A DNA stretch of 64,000 bases. It comes from Candidatus Thorarchaeota archaeon (GTDB lineage: Archaea; Asgardarchaeota; Thorarchaeia; Thorarchaeales; Thorarchaeaceae). The DNA is taken from positions 32,001-96,000 of the forward strand of contig JAWOEX010000028.1 of NCBI GenBank assembly GCA_046482545.1. Reading direction: 5' to 3'. Each line of letters begins with the position of its first letter. The stretch's first letter is position 1. Shown piece after piece: positions 19,107-28,209 of the stretch. The position numbers and the translations under genes are program-made. Below the pieces are notes generated by a model, which had not been told where the DNA came from, ran no database searches, and worked only from the letters and a program-made list of their open reading frames with translations.

Positions 19107-19769
19107 ATGGCGAGAACAGATGAAGCTATCAAAAAGGACATTATTGACGAGCTTTATTGGGACAATCGCGTAGATTCATCCGACATCACCGTGCAGGTAG
19201 ATAATGGAGATGTTACCCTCAACGGTACTGTTTCAGATTATACCTCTTCGAAGAATGCAGTACTTGACGCTTGGGACGCCGAGGGTGTGACCGAAGTCAA
19301 GAACAATCTTGAAGTTGAAATTCCCACCGAAGTTAGTGTTCCAACTGACTCAGAGATTAAGTCTAACATTGCAGATATGCTGGAATGGAACGCCAGTATT
19401 GATGCATCTGAAATTGAAGTAGATGTCTCAGCTGGTGTGGTCACGCTCGACGGTGTAGTCGATGCATACTGGAAGAAGCTGAGAGCTGAAGACGTCACAT
19501 CAAGAGCCACTGGCGTACTCAATGTCGTCAACGAGCTCGCTGTTGTTCCAACTGAGGATGTCCTTGACAAGGCGATTGCCGAAGACGTGGTCTCTGCTCT
19601 TGAGACGAAATTCACAGTCAACGCTGATGATGTTGACGTGAAAGTAGAAGATGGCATTGTCACCTTGTCAGGAACTCTTCCAAGTTGGACTTCATATCGT
19701 GCAGCAATGGATGCGGCTGAGAACACCTTAGGCGTCACTGACGTCGTCGACCAACTCATCATCGAGTAA
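19107..19769 (+). CDS. Triple BON-domain protein
   Basis: Three repeats of D..I...I...L.....VD...I.V.V..G.VTL.G.V ... GV..V.N.L. Confidence 0.92.
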   Translation: MARTDEAIKKDIIDELYWDNRVDSSDITVQVDNGDVTLNGTVSDYTSSKNAVLDAWDAEGVTEVKNNLEVEIPTEVSVPTDSEIKSNIADMLEWNASIDASEIEVDVSAGVVTLDGVVDAYWKKLRAEDVTSRATGVLNVVNELAVVPTEDVLDKAIAEDVVSALETKFTVNADDVDVKVEDGIVTLSGTLPSWTSYRAAMDAAENTLGVTDVVDQLIIE

Positions 19770-19787
19770 GCAGAGTAATCAGAACAC

Positions 19788-19842
19788 GGAAGGGGATTTC
19801 CCCTTCCAGCTATCTATTTTCTATTTCATTTTCTTCTGTTTC
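19788..19842 (+). terminator. Hairpin plus T-rich tract after the BON gene
   Basis: GGAAGGGG-ATTT-CCCCTTCC followed by T-rich sequence. Confidence 0.6.
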
Positions 19843-19884
19843 TAACTGGTAACCAGATCCTACCGTACCCCGTTCCAATCTCAG

Positions 19885-22800
19885 TTACCCAGCTTGTTTT
19901 CTCCTAAGCATCACAATGACTATCAAAACCACGATAGCAGCCGCCGAAGCACCGACCACTAATAACAAAGTATCATCGAGTTCTACAGGAGGAAGCGTGG
20001 TTGTCGTAGATGTCGTGGTTGTGGTGGTAGTAGATGTTTCTGTTGTTGTAGTTGTTCCAGTTGTAGTGGTTGTCGTTGTACTCTCCATCATCACAGTCAC
20101 TATGACAGTATCGCTCATGGTGTTCCCGACTTCGTCAGCAAATACCACGGTGAAGTTGAAGGTACCAAGAGAAAGCCCATCTAAGTCTACAGTTATAACA
20201 TCACCCGTATCTGTCCAATCACCATTATCATACAGACTGCCATTCCTGTAGATGGTATATGAGTGCGGATGCACATCGCTGGCACTCCAAGCTATTTCAT
20301 GCCCAGTCGTCCCTTCATGGAAACTGATATCATCGACAGGATCTACCGCCGGAGCAGTAGCATCCACCAGAAATGTGTAATTTACATAAGCGGAATTCGA
20401 TGCTTGATCCGTGGCATAGACATGCAAGGTGTGCCATCCATCATCAGCAATCATTGGAATTGATGGGAACCAAGTAGTAGTTTCGTTTGTTGATGCATCA
20501 TCCCAGTGATAAAGCACATCTTCTGGATTGTTCTCGCTGATGGTAAGATTCACGAGAACTCCTGCTGGTTGCAGGGTACCATTTCCCGGAGCGTCCAATG
20601 AAATTTCCGGGGCGTCATTATCCAGCTCGAAAATGTAATGCTTATGGCTCCAATGACCCCATGTATCGTTTGCGTAGACATCTAGATGTTTGCTTCCGAC
20701 CACTCCGTTGATGGTTATCTGATAAGGTTCCTCCCATGTGTGATTGGTGGTACCCCAGCTATACAAGACCACATCGGTATCATCATCTGTAACGTTCACA
20801 TCTAGAAGTGTTCCGTCCTGAACAGCGGTGTTGTTGGCCGGTGTAGTTAGCAATATCGCTGGGGGATCATCAGTTGTAAAAACGAACAGTGCGGTGGCGT
20901 TATTGCCGCCAGTATCGTTGGCATAGACCCTCAGTATATGCTCGCCTTCACCAGAAGGTTGTGTCGCTGTGTATGGGTATTCCAATGTGGTATTATCCCT
21001 ACCGTCCCAACTTGCCGAAACCATCGCTACTCCTCCAAAATCATCCTCTACTAAAAGGGGGATGTCCCAACTAGTTGGAATCACTGATTCATTATCAATT
21101 ACAGATAGCGAAATCGTAGGGCTCTTGGTGTCTATCCCAAAACGAGTAAGGAAGCCGTCAGAATACCCACCAAAATTGTCTTGAAAGGCATTGCTGGTTG
21201 GAAAATCAGAAGATTCAGTAAGGCCTACGACTGTGAAGTTGCCATTCCACCAATGTACTACTGCTCTACCTTGGTCTAATCCACTACCACCCAAATACGT
21301 GGAAAAGTCGAGTGAGGTCAAGTCTGATGTCAGATTCACAACAAAGGCGTCCAGACTTCCTCCGATCGAGTCCTGATAGGCCGAGACTGTGGGAAAATCA
21401 GTAGACTTTGTCCATCCTGTAGCATAAACACCAGTCCCATAATCGGGACACCACAGACCATACAGAACATCACGATCTGAACCACCTAGATAAGTAGCTG
21501 CCAAGAGGTTTTTTCCATCAGCAGAAAGTTCCATTATGAAAGCGTCATCCTCACCAGCATTCGAATCGTCATATCCCTCAACCGAATAATACAAGTCATT
21601 CGAGTACGTACGGCCACCAATATAGACATCACATAATCCTTCAGTACTTGAGGGGGCCAGCTCAAGATCCAGTCCATAGTCATTGTCATTTCCTCCAGCA
21701 TAGGTACTCCAGTTGATTGAGCCCGCTGGGTTCAGTTTGGTAACAAAAATATCCCATAATCCGTCATTATAGTCCTGATAGTACCCTGCTGGTGAAGGGA
21801 AATCAGATGAGTATGTGGATCCTGTAACGTAGGCATGACACCATTCATCAACCCTAATTGCAAATTCCTGCGATGATTTCCATTCCCAGTGGGAACCACC
21901 CAGAAATCTCGAGAAGTTCAAACCACCTGTACTGTTAAACCGGGCAACAAAGGCATCATTGTCCCCCCCTTGGTAGGAACCAAAAGTGGTCGGAAAATCC
22001 GTGGAGCTAGTGTAGCCAACAATGTGAGGGCTGTAATAGCCCTCTTCACTCCAACAAACATCTATATCATATGCAGCATCGTCTTCTGATCCGCCCAAGT
22101 AGCTTCCGTACATCAATCCATTTCCTGTGTAATTCAATTTGGCAATGAAAGCATCCTTTGTGCTCATCCGACCGCTCTGGTAGGCATCATCGGTAGTTGG
22201 GAAATTTCGTGATGCTGTCTCACCTGTGATATAGACATGAGCCAAGTCGTCAAGTGCGATACCGCGTCCCCATTCTCCAAAGTTGCCTCCTATGAAAGTG
22301 CTATAAATTAACCCTCCCGTCTGATTCATTTTACACACAACAGCATCAGTTGAGGCTGCAGTCTCATCGTATCCATTCCTTGTCGGGAACCCGCTACTAC
22401 CCGTTCCGACAAGATATACGTATTCTCCCCCTTCTCCGTACGCGACATCAACGATACGATCCAAGCTGTCGCCACCCAAATATGTGCTCACAGGGATGCT
22501 CCAGGGGTCAATAATCAGGATCTCTGTGTTATCGTAAGTCGAAACTTCAAAGCCATACGAACGAGAGTCTATTCTTCTGAACCACGAGGGTACCTCTCTA
22601 CCGTCTTCCAAGAAAGAAATCAAGCCAGTATCTTTCAGTAATACCTTTCCACCCGATTCCACTGAGGTGACGATTACTGTGTTCTTGTCTACTTCAACTG
22701 AAGATTGGTCCCCAAACGATAGCTGAATTTCACTTGGATCTCCTCCGGACCTCACAATGAATTCGTATTTGAGCCCTCTCTCAGTCATGAAATAGCGCAA

Positions 22801-23322
22801 ATCGATATTTTCATACAAGGCAGGATACCAAATCTCCTGGAACGTAGGAACATTTGTGAAGCTATCATCACCAATGAAGTAGTTATTCTCATGTGAGTTC
22901 TTCTGCTTGCCAATTGGTTGACAATCGGGTCTGCCCTCAAAGTTGAGTTCGCTCATTCTGTACACTCCGTCCTGCTTCACAGCAAAGGTAATTTTGGATT
23001 CAGAAAAAGCAACAGACATACTACTTGACGTATAGTAGAATCTAATCTCCGGATCTCCGACCTGGCCCTTATTCTCTACAAATCCTGCAAATGGAATCGA
23101 CTCAGGAATCAGGCTACGGGAATTCTTCACAACGTTGTGAGAGGATAGCTGGTCTGTCCCATCATAGGTGTCATCCAAGCTGGGGCGCGAAATATCGATC
23201 TTCTGCTCCTCAGGATACGTAATCTGAGAGCCACTAGCTCCAATGGTAACAAATGGAGCCAGTAATAGCAGAAGGATTCCAAAAAGCAACAAGTGTGATT
23301 TCCTATACAAAGGTGATGGCAT
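19885..23322 (-). CDS. Cell-surface protein: SBBP beta-propeller repeats, Ig-like domains, Thr-rich linker, C-terminal TM
   Basis: Signal peptide; repeated STYLGG.D...YVTG.T.S.DFPT...DAFV.K units; poly-Thr; TM followed by RRK tail. Confidence 0.9.
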   Translation of the reverse strand: MPSPLYRKSHLLLFGILLLLLAPFVTIGASGSQITYPEEQKIDISRPSLDDTYDGTDQLSSHNVVKNSRSLIPESIPFAGFVENKGQVGDPEIRFYYTSSSMSVAFSESKITFAVKQDGVYRMSELNFEGRPDCQPIGKQKNSHENNYFIGDDSFTNVPTFQEIWYPALYENIDLRYFMTERGLKYEFIVRSGGDPSEIQLSFGDQSSVEVDKNTVIVTSVESGGKVLLKDTGLISFLEDGREVPSWFRRIDSRSYGFEVSTYDNTEILIIDPWSIPVSTYLGGDSLDRIVDVAYGEGGEYVYLVGTGSSGFPTRNGYDETAASTDAVVCKMNQTGGLIYSTFIGGNFGEWGRGIALDDLAHVYITGETASRNFPTTDDAYQSGRMSTKDAFIAKLNYTGNGLMYGSYLGGSEDDAAYDIDVCWSEEGYYSPHIVGYTSSTDFPTTFGSYQGGDNDAFVARFNSTGGLNFSRFLGGSHWEWKSSQEFAIRVDEWCHAYVTGSTYSSDFPSPAGYYQDYNDGLWDIFVTKLNPAGSINWSTYAGGNDNDYGLDLELAPSSTEGLCDVYIGGRTYSNDLYYSVEGYDDSNAGEDDAFIMELSADGKNLLAATYLGGSDRDVLYGLWCPDYGTGVYATGWTKSTDFPTVSAYQDSIGGSLDAFVVNLTSDLTSLDFSTYLGGSGLDQGRAVVHWWNGNFTVVGLTESSDFPTSNAFQDNFGGYSDGFLTRFGIDTKSPTISLSVIDNESVIPTSWDIPLLVEDDFGGVAMVSASWDGRDNTTLEYPYTATQPSGEGEHILRVYANDTGGNNATALFVFTTDDPPAILLTTPANNTAVQDGTLLDVNVTDDDTDVVLYSWGTTNHTWEEPYQITINGVVGSKHLDVYANDTWGHWSHKHYIFELDNDAPEISLDAPGNGTLQPAGVLVNLTISENNPEDVLYHWDDASTNETTTWFPSIPMIADDGWHTLHVYATDQASNSAYVNYTFLVDATAPAVDPVDDISFHEGTTGHEIAWSASDVHPHSYTIYRNGSLYDNGDWTDTGDVITVDLDGLSLGTFNFTVVFADEVGNTMSDTVIVTVMMESTTTTTTTGTTTTTETSTTTTTTTSTTTTLPPVELDDTLLLVVGASAAAIVVLIVIVMLRRKQAG

Positions 23323-23419
23323 CTCCTACTCCTTTCTAAATAGCAAGGGTCAACACCGTCCCCGAATCATGAGTAATAAGTATTATCGGGACAAAAAACG
23401 GACAATAGGCCATTTGAAT

Positions 23420-23580
23420 AAGTATATATGCACACAGGAGTGAGCATCTTTATACAGAGCAATATTGTGTTTGATTCGATTCGGTATAGGAATGTTTGTA
23501 GCATTTTTTCTGATTCTTATCATCTCAATGAGATACAACTCAATATTGAAAATTAACTCTGTGCAATAGGCGAAATAACA
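23420..23580 (+). promoter_or_regulatory. TATA box and long leader of cold-shock gene 1
   Basis: TATATATG at ~23423; the leader is closely similar to 24417-24575. Confidence 0.55.
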
Positions 23581-23793
23581 ATGGTAAAAGGAACAGTAAA
23601 GTGGTTTAACGCAAGAAAGAACTTTGGTTTTATTGAGCGAGAAGAAGGCGAAGATGTCTTCGTTCACGCCAGCGCAATCGAGAGCAATCGATTTCTCAGT
23701 GAAGGCGACAGAGTCGTATTCGAGACTGAGGAAAGCCCAAGAGGACTACGAGCAGTTAATGTAGTTCTTGAAGACGAGGTAGATGAGGTTTAA
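23581..23793 (+). CDS. Cold-shock domain protein
   Basis: GTVKWFN..KNFGFI (RNP1) and DVFVHAS (RNP2). Confidence 0.96.
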   Translation: MVKGTVKWFNARKNFGFIEREEGEDVFVHASAIESNRFLSEGDRVVFETEESPRGLRAVNVVLEDEVDEV

Positions 23794-24416
23794 ACAGAGG
23801 TAGAAGAGAGCAAGCCAACAAACTACTAATCTCACCCAAGTAAACTCTGCTTGCGTTTATTCGTGAGCAGTACCAATTATTTTTTTGTTTTTGTTTTTGT
23901 TTTACAGTCTCGTGTAGCATGTCGGCCGGCTCGCTGGAAGAGTCGGACAAAATACCATGCTCAACTTTAATCCGGTCAAGGAACATACGCAGGTACTTGA
24001 TATGACATCGTCTGGTGTGCTTCTCCCTTTGAGTGCGCTGTAGTCAATCCAGTGGATTGTTTTCACAGAGTCGGACTAGGATGACGAAAGACACGAAGCC
24101 CGAACCGTGTTCTGACAACATAGAATAGTTCCATGAATTGCAGATAATCAGAAATGCATATGCATCACAAAATCTTGCACTACCAAGACGCTGGCATCCG
24201 TGTCATCCCGCTAGTCGTTAGAGATGAACTCTGGTTTGTGACAATCGTTGTCACAGCAGTCTTGGTAGGTGACATCATCAGCACATACATGTCGCGAAGA
24301 GAAACCCAAACATCGTAACCGTGGATACACCGCCTGTTTCTCAGGTTGACATCATCATCTATCGTTGATGGATGGGAAAAGGAAGAAGGAAAACAAAGCG
24401 ATGAGTATTCCAAAAC

Positions 24417-24575
24417 TATATATGTGCAAATGAGCGCATTTCTAGTATACAGAGTAACATTGCGGTTGGTTTAGATTCGGTCTATGATGTTAGTAGCATT
24501 TTTTCTGATTCTGATCATGTCTCTATGACAAAACTCAATGTTGAGAATTAACTCTGTATAATAGCAAAATCGGAA
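24417..24575 (+). promoter_or_regulatory. TATA box and long leader of cold-shock gene 2
   Basis: Paralogous to 23420-23580. Confidence 0.55.
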
Positions 24576-24911
24576 ATGTCTAACATGACACAACACGGTA
24601 CCGTAAAATGGTTTAGCGCAAGAAAGAACTATGGTTTTATTGAGCGTGAAGAAGGCGAGGATGTCTTCGTTCATGCCAGTGCAATCGAGAGCGATCGCTT
24701 CCTTAGTGAAGGGGATAGAGTCGTATTCGAGACTGAGGAAACTCCCAGGGGCATCAGGGCTCAACGCGTGGTTCTTGAGGATGAATACGACGAGGAATCG
24801 TACGAAGCATCCAAGGAAGACTTCGCAGAGGATGACCTAGAAGTAGAAGAGGACCTGGAAGTAGAAGACGACCTGGACGTAGAGGATGACCTGGACGTAG
24901 AGGAAATCTAG
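24576..24911 (+). CDS. Cold-shock domain protein with acidic repeat tail
   Basis: CSD nearly identical to that of 23581-23793, plus EDDLEV-type repeats. Confidence 0.95.
   Translation: MSNMTQHGTVKWFSARKNYGFIEREEGEDVFVHASAIESDRFLSEGDRVVFETEETPRGIRAQRVVLEDEYDEESYEASKEDFAEDDLEVEEDLEVEDDLDVEDDLDVEEI
24828..24899 (+). repeat. 4 x 18-bp coding tandem repeat
   Basis: GAGGATGACCTAGAAGTA / GAAGAGGACCTGGAAGTA / GAAGACGACCTGGACGTA / GAGGATGACCTGGACGTA. Confidence 0.9.
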
Positions 24912-25015
24912 AGGAACTCAGTTCTTAGCGCATCTGACTTTCTGTTCGGTTGTAAACGCTCGCGGTTATCCGTGAGCAATATTTTCTTTCTTTTTTCCAT
25001 CTAGTTGTCTATCTG

Positions 25016-25957
25016 TTAAGTGAATCTACCGTATAGACAATGGGCATTGTTCCAGTAGATGTTCTTGAGAGCGGTTTTTGGCAATGAAAACCCGTTGATG
25101 TAGGTACCCCCTGAATCCGCGCTATCGGAATCTGGAAAGGGTAATGGCATATTCCGTACATCCGTCTCAAGCATCAACCTGAGAGATAGATGTCTTCCCT
25201 CGAAGTAATCCCAACCAGTGTCTCTAGCCACACAGTCAGTCCCGAACAGAATCCTATCAGAATAGTTTTCAAGGAACCACCTAGCCTTTTCGACATCTTT
25301 ACCAAGTTCTCTAACCATCCACCTCGCGGAGCCGGTATCTACATAGAAGTTGGAATAAGTGTCAAACCATCTTGCCAGGTTCTCCAGTCTGTGAATCTCT
25401 GGCTGTGCTGCAAAATGGGCTATCTGGAACTGGACGTTTGGATGCTTTCGGATAACCTCTTCTAGCTCCTTCAAATCCTCTTCTTTTGTTCGATATTTGG
25501 TTTTATCCGAATAATGGCTGCTATAATAGGTATCAGGATCGCTGAGATGCAAGAGGAATGGGGTATCCGTCTCTGCTAGGGCGGTAAACATTGGGTCTGC
25601 ACGGTCCACATCTAAGCGCAGAATATCCAAGTCAGATTTCACCCGATTCCTCACCTTGGGGGCTGATTGCATCTTCGCAACTTGGTAACCTCCACTACTC
25701 ATATCTCGAATTCCAGACGCTATGTATTCGAAGCCCTCTCTGGCGGCAAGGGTACCAGAGAAATACTTGGCAAAAACATACTTGTCAGGATACCTCTTAC
25801 AGACATATTGTTTATTTTCATCTCCATGAACGATAAGCAATCCCATATCAATGCCGAACTCGTTTTCGACTCCAATCAGAGTGTGCAGCGATTCTTGATT
25901 AACCAGATGTAGGTGAGCATCGAAAATCGGGCCCTGATATGTCAGTTTCTGTTCCAT
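25016..25957 (-). CDS. Amidohydrolase_2 family metallo-hydrolase
   Basis: IFDAHLH, LLHLSD, QIAHF and RILFGTD motifs. Start re-called at MEQKLTY because the longer ORF overlaps the opposite-strand gene. Confidence 0.85.
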   Translation of the reverse strand: MEQKLTYQGPIFDAHLHLVNQESLHTLIGVENEFGIDMGLLIVHGDENKQYVCKRYPDKYVFAKYFSGTLAAREGFEYIASGIRDMSSGGYQVAKMQSAPKVRNRVKSDLDILRLDVDRADPMFTALAETDTPFLLHLSDPDTYYSSHYSDKTKYRTKEEDLKELEEVIRKHPNVQFQIAHFAAQPEIHRLENLARWFDTYSNFYVDTGSARWMVRELGKDVEKARWFLENYSDRILFGTDCVARDTGWDYFEGRHLSLRLMLETDVRNMPLPFPDSDSADSGGTYINGFSLPKTALKNIYWNNAHCLYGRFT

Positions 25958-26012
25958 CAAAGACACTTGCGAGATGTTAAAGTGAGATACTGAAAACTCT
26001 GTCTGTACGACA

Positions 26013-26765
26013 TTGATGAGAAAGACACAAAAGGAAAGCCTTAAACAGATAATGATGAGGAATACAAATTTGAAACGAATTTTTGTAATACCAGCCGTGC
26101 TAACCATCATTACGATGTTTCTTGTGTCTCCCGTTGCAGCAGCAACCTCACAGGGACTCGAATGGGAGGTAGGCAATGGTGATAGATTTGACTTCACAAT
26201 GACTGCGACGGAAGAAGATGTGCCCAGCGAAGACATCTACATCAATATAACAGACACAGCATCTGATGCCATTCCGGATCCCCTTGAGAATTGGGGCGAC
26301 ATCCCAGAGCATAGCCATGGATTCTGGTGGTCAAACGGGACAACAATGGGCATGTCGACGCTGATATTCTTGGGCGTCTTCTTCGTTGGAGGTAAGTTCT
26401 CAGTTCCGCTAGGCAACTTCACTTTGTTGGAGAGCCTAATCAAGCCAGAACTAAGCGGTGAGGAAATCATTGATGAAGGTAACCTTTGGGGCGTAGAATG
26501 GAGCCAGGAAGAAACCACAACTGAGGATTTCAGAATAACCGCCACCTACAGCAAGAGTGACGGCTTCCTAGCTGAGTATAAGCTAGAAACGGTCAGCACC
26601 CTGAATGACACAGTTCTTGATTCCATAGAGGTAATCAGAAAAGATCTCCCAGCCGGGGGCGGCGGTTTGGATGACATCATCCAACTTGTTGAAGACAATA
26701 TCCTCTATGTAGGAATTGGTATCGTTGTACTTGTAGTTCTAGTTATGGCCTGTACGAGAAGATAA
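26013..26765 (+). CDS. Secreted, C-terminally anchored protein
   Basis: Signal peptide (..LVSPVAAA) and C-terminal TM with TRR tail; likely start ~26052. Confidence 0.75.
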   Translation: MMRKTQKESLKQIMMRNTNLKRIFVIPAVLTIITMFLVSPVAAATSQGLEWEVGNGDRFDFTMTATEEDVPSEDIYINITDTASDAIPDPLENWGDIPEHSHGFWWSNGTTMGMSTLIFLGVFFVGGKFSVPLGNFTLLESLIKPELSGEEIIDEGNLWGVEWSQEETTTEDFRITATYSKSDGFLAEYKLETVSTLNDTVLDSIEVIRKDLPAGGGGLDDIIQLVEDNILYVGIGIVVLVVLVMACTRR

Positions 26766-26768
26766 AAC

Positions 26769-26796
26769 GGGTGGTTCAACCCACCCTCTTTTTTTT
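26769..26796 (+). terminator. Intrinsic-type terminator between convergent genes
   Basis: GGGTGG-TTCAAC-CCACCC followed by TCTTTTTTTT. Confidence 0.7.
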
Positions 26797-28150
26797 ACTT
26801 GAGACGCTTCCACAACTTCTTTGCACTCTGTCTCGATTTCTGAATCACGCTTTCTTCGTCCACCTTAGTCAGCATACCATTTTCGACTACGGTGTCGCCA
26901 TTAACAACGACATCGCTAACATCCCTTCCGGTGAATGTGTTTACTAGGTGTCCCATCACGCTCTTACCGTTCAAAGGTGTGGGAACATTAGTGCCGTCAA
27001 GCAAAACCAAATCCGCCAGTTTGCCAGTTTCGATGCTGCCTAATTGGTCTTCAAGACCATAGCAACGTGCACCCCCTATAGTTGCCATGTGGAATACTTC
27101 AGCCGGTCCGATTTCGCTTGGATTGCCTGAAGCAAGTCGATGAACGGTCATAGCGCATCGCATATTTTCAAAGGGATCGTAAATCCAACCGTCATTTCCG
27201 AGTCCGACAGTGATTCCCAAGTCTAGCATATCAGGAACTGGCGCTGTTCCCACAGCATTCAGCATATTGCTCATTGGATTATGAGCCACCTTCGCGTCTC
27301 TCTTCATTATCAGCTCAAGTTCATTCTCAGAGACGTGTACACAATGAGCAAGAACAGCATTCGAATCCAGTAGTTCAAGTCGATCCAGTCTTTCGACGGT
27401 ACGTTCACCCCACCGCTCCAAATTGTGGTACAAATCAACTTTTCCTTCTGATGTGTGGACGGTAATAGGAGCATCCAGCTTGCTCGCCGTAGAAGCGGCT
27501 TCTTTTACTATCTCATCTCCAACGGTAAAAGATGCATGTACGCTCATCATCCCAGAAACCAATGGCTCCTTCTTTGCTTCATTGATGAACTTGATATTTT
27601 CCTCAAGCCCGTTTCTTGCTTCTTCCGGATTATGTCGTTCAGTCATTTCGAAGGCAAGGATACTCCTGATTCCAACACTCTTTGTTGCATCAGCAATTGC
27701 TTGCAAGCTTCCATCTATGGAATTGGGTCCGGAATAGGTATCGGCGAAGAGTGTGCTACCGGATTTGAGCATATCCGCTGAAGCTGATAATGCGCTCGCA
27801 TGAGCATCCTCCAAGGTAAGAGCTTCATCAACAGGCCACCAAACACGTTGTAATACTTGAGCGAAGTCGGTCGGAGGCTCAATTCCAAGATCCGCTCCCC
27901 TGAGAAGAATACCATACAAATGTGTGTGAGCAGTGATGAGCCCGGGAATGAGAACGCAACCAGAGCCGTCTATGTGTGTTGATGGAGTTGTTGAAGGCGA
28001 ACCTGTTCCTATCTCCTCAATCTTGTCATCTTCAACATACACATAGCCATGCTCTATAATGTCATTGTTCGAATTGCATGTGACTACTAGGACGTTATCA
28101 ATAAGCAAACTACCCATCATTGTAGAACCCACCATTACGTGGTATTTCAA
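26795..28150 (-). CDS. Amidohydrolase (SsnA / MTA-SAH deaminase-like)
   Basis: PGLITAHTH, VHTSEG, LAHCVH, HNPMSN and GLGNDG motifs. Confidence 0.88.
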   Translation of the reverse strand: MKYHVMVGSTMMGSLLIDNVLVVTCNSNNDIIEHGYVYVEDDKIEEIGTGSPSTTPSTHIDGSGCVLIPGLITAHTHLYGILLRGADLGIEPPTDFAQVLQRVWWPVDEALTLEDAHASALSASADMLKSGSTLFADTYSGPNSIDGSLQAIADATKSVGIRSILAFEMTERHNPEEARNGLEENIKFINEAKKEPLVSGMMSVHASFTVGDEIVKEAASTASKLDAPITVHTSEGKVDLYHNLERWGERTVERLDRLELLDSNAVLAHCVHVSENELELIMKRDAKVAHNPMSNMLNAVGTAPVPDMLDLGITVGLGNDGWIYDPFENMRCAMTVHRLASGNPSEIGPAEVFHMATIGGARCYGLEDQLGSIETGKLADLVLLDGTNVPTPLNGKSVMGHLVNTFTGRDVSDVVVNGDTVVENGMLTKVDEESVIQKSRQSAKKLWKRLK

Positions 28151-28209
28151 CGATTAAAAGAATCGCTTTTGGAGCGTCCATGTTTTCAAAGTACGAAATT
28201 CAGAAGCGG

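Noticed and set aside
19238-20251. Antisense ORFs over the BON gene and the Thr-rich tail (and similar shadow ORFs across the window)
   Set aside because: These are reverse-frame shadows of well-supported genes.
25958-26236. N-terminal extension of the amidohydrolase ORF
   Set aside because: It overlaps the opposite-strand secreted protein gene; the family motif starts after Met at 25957.
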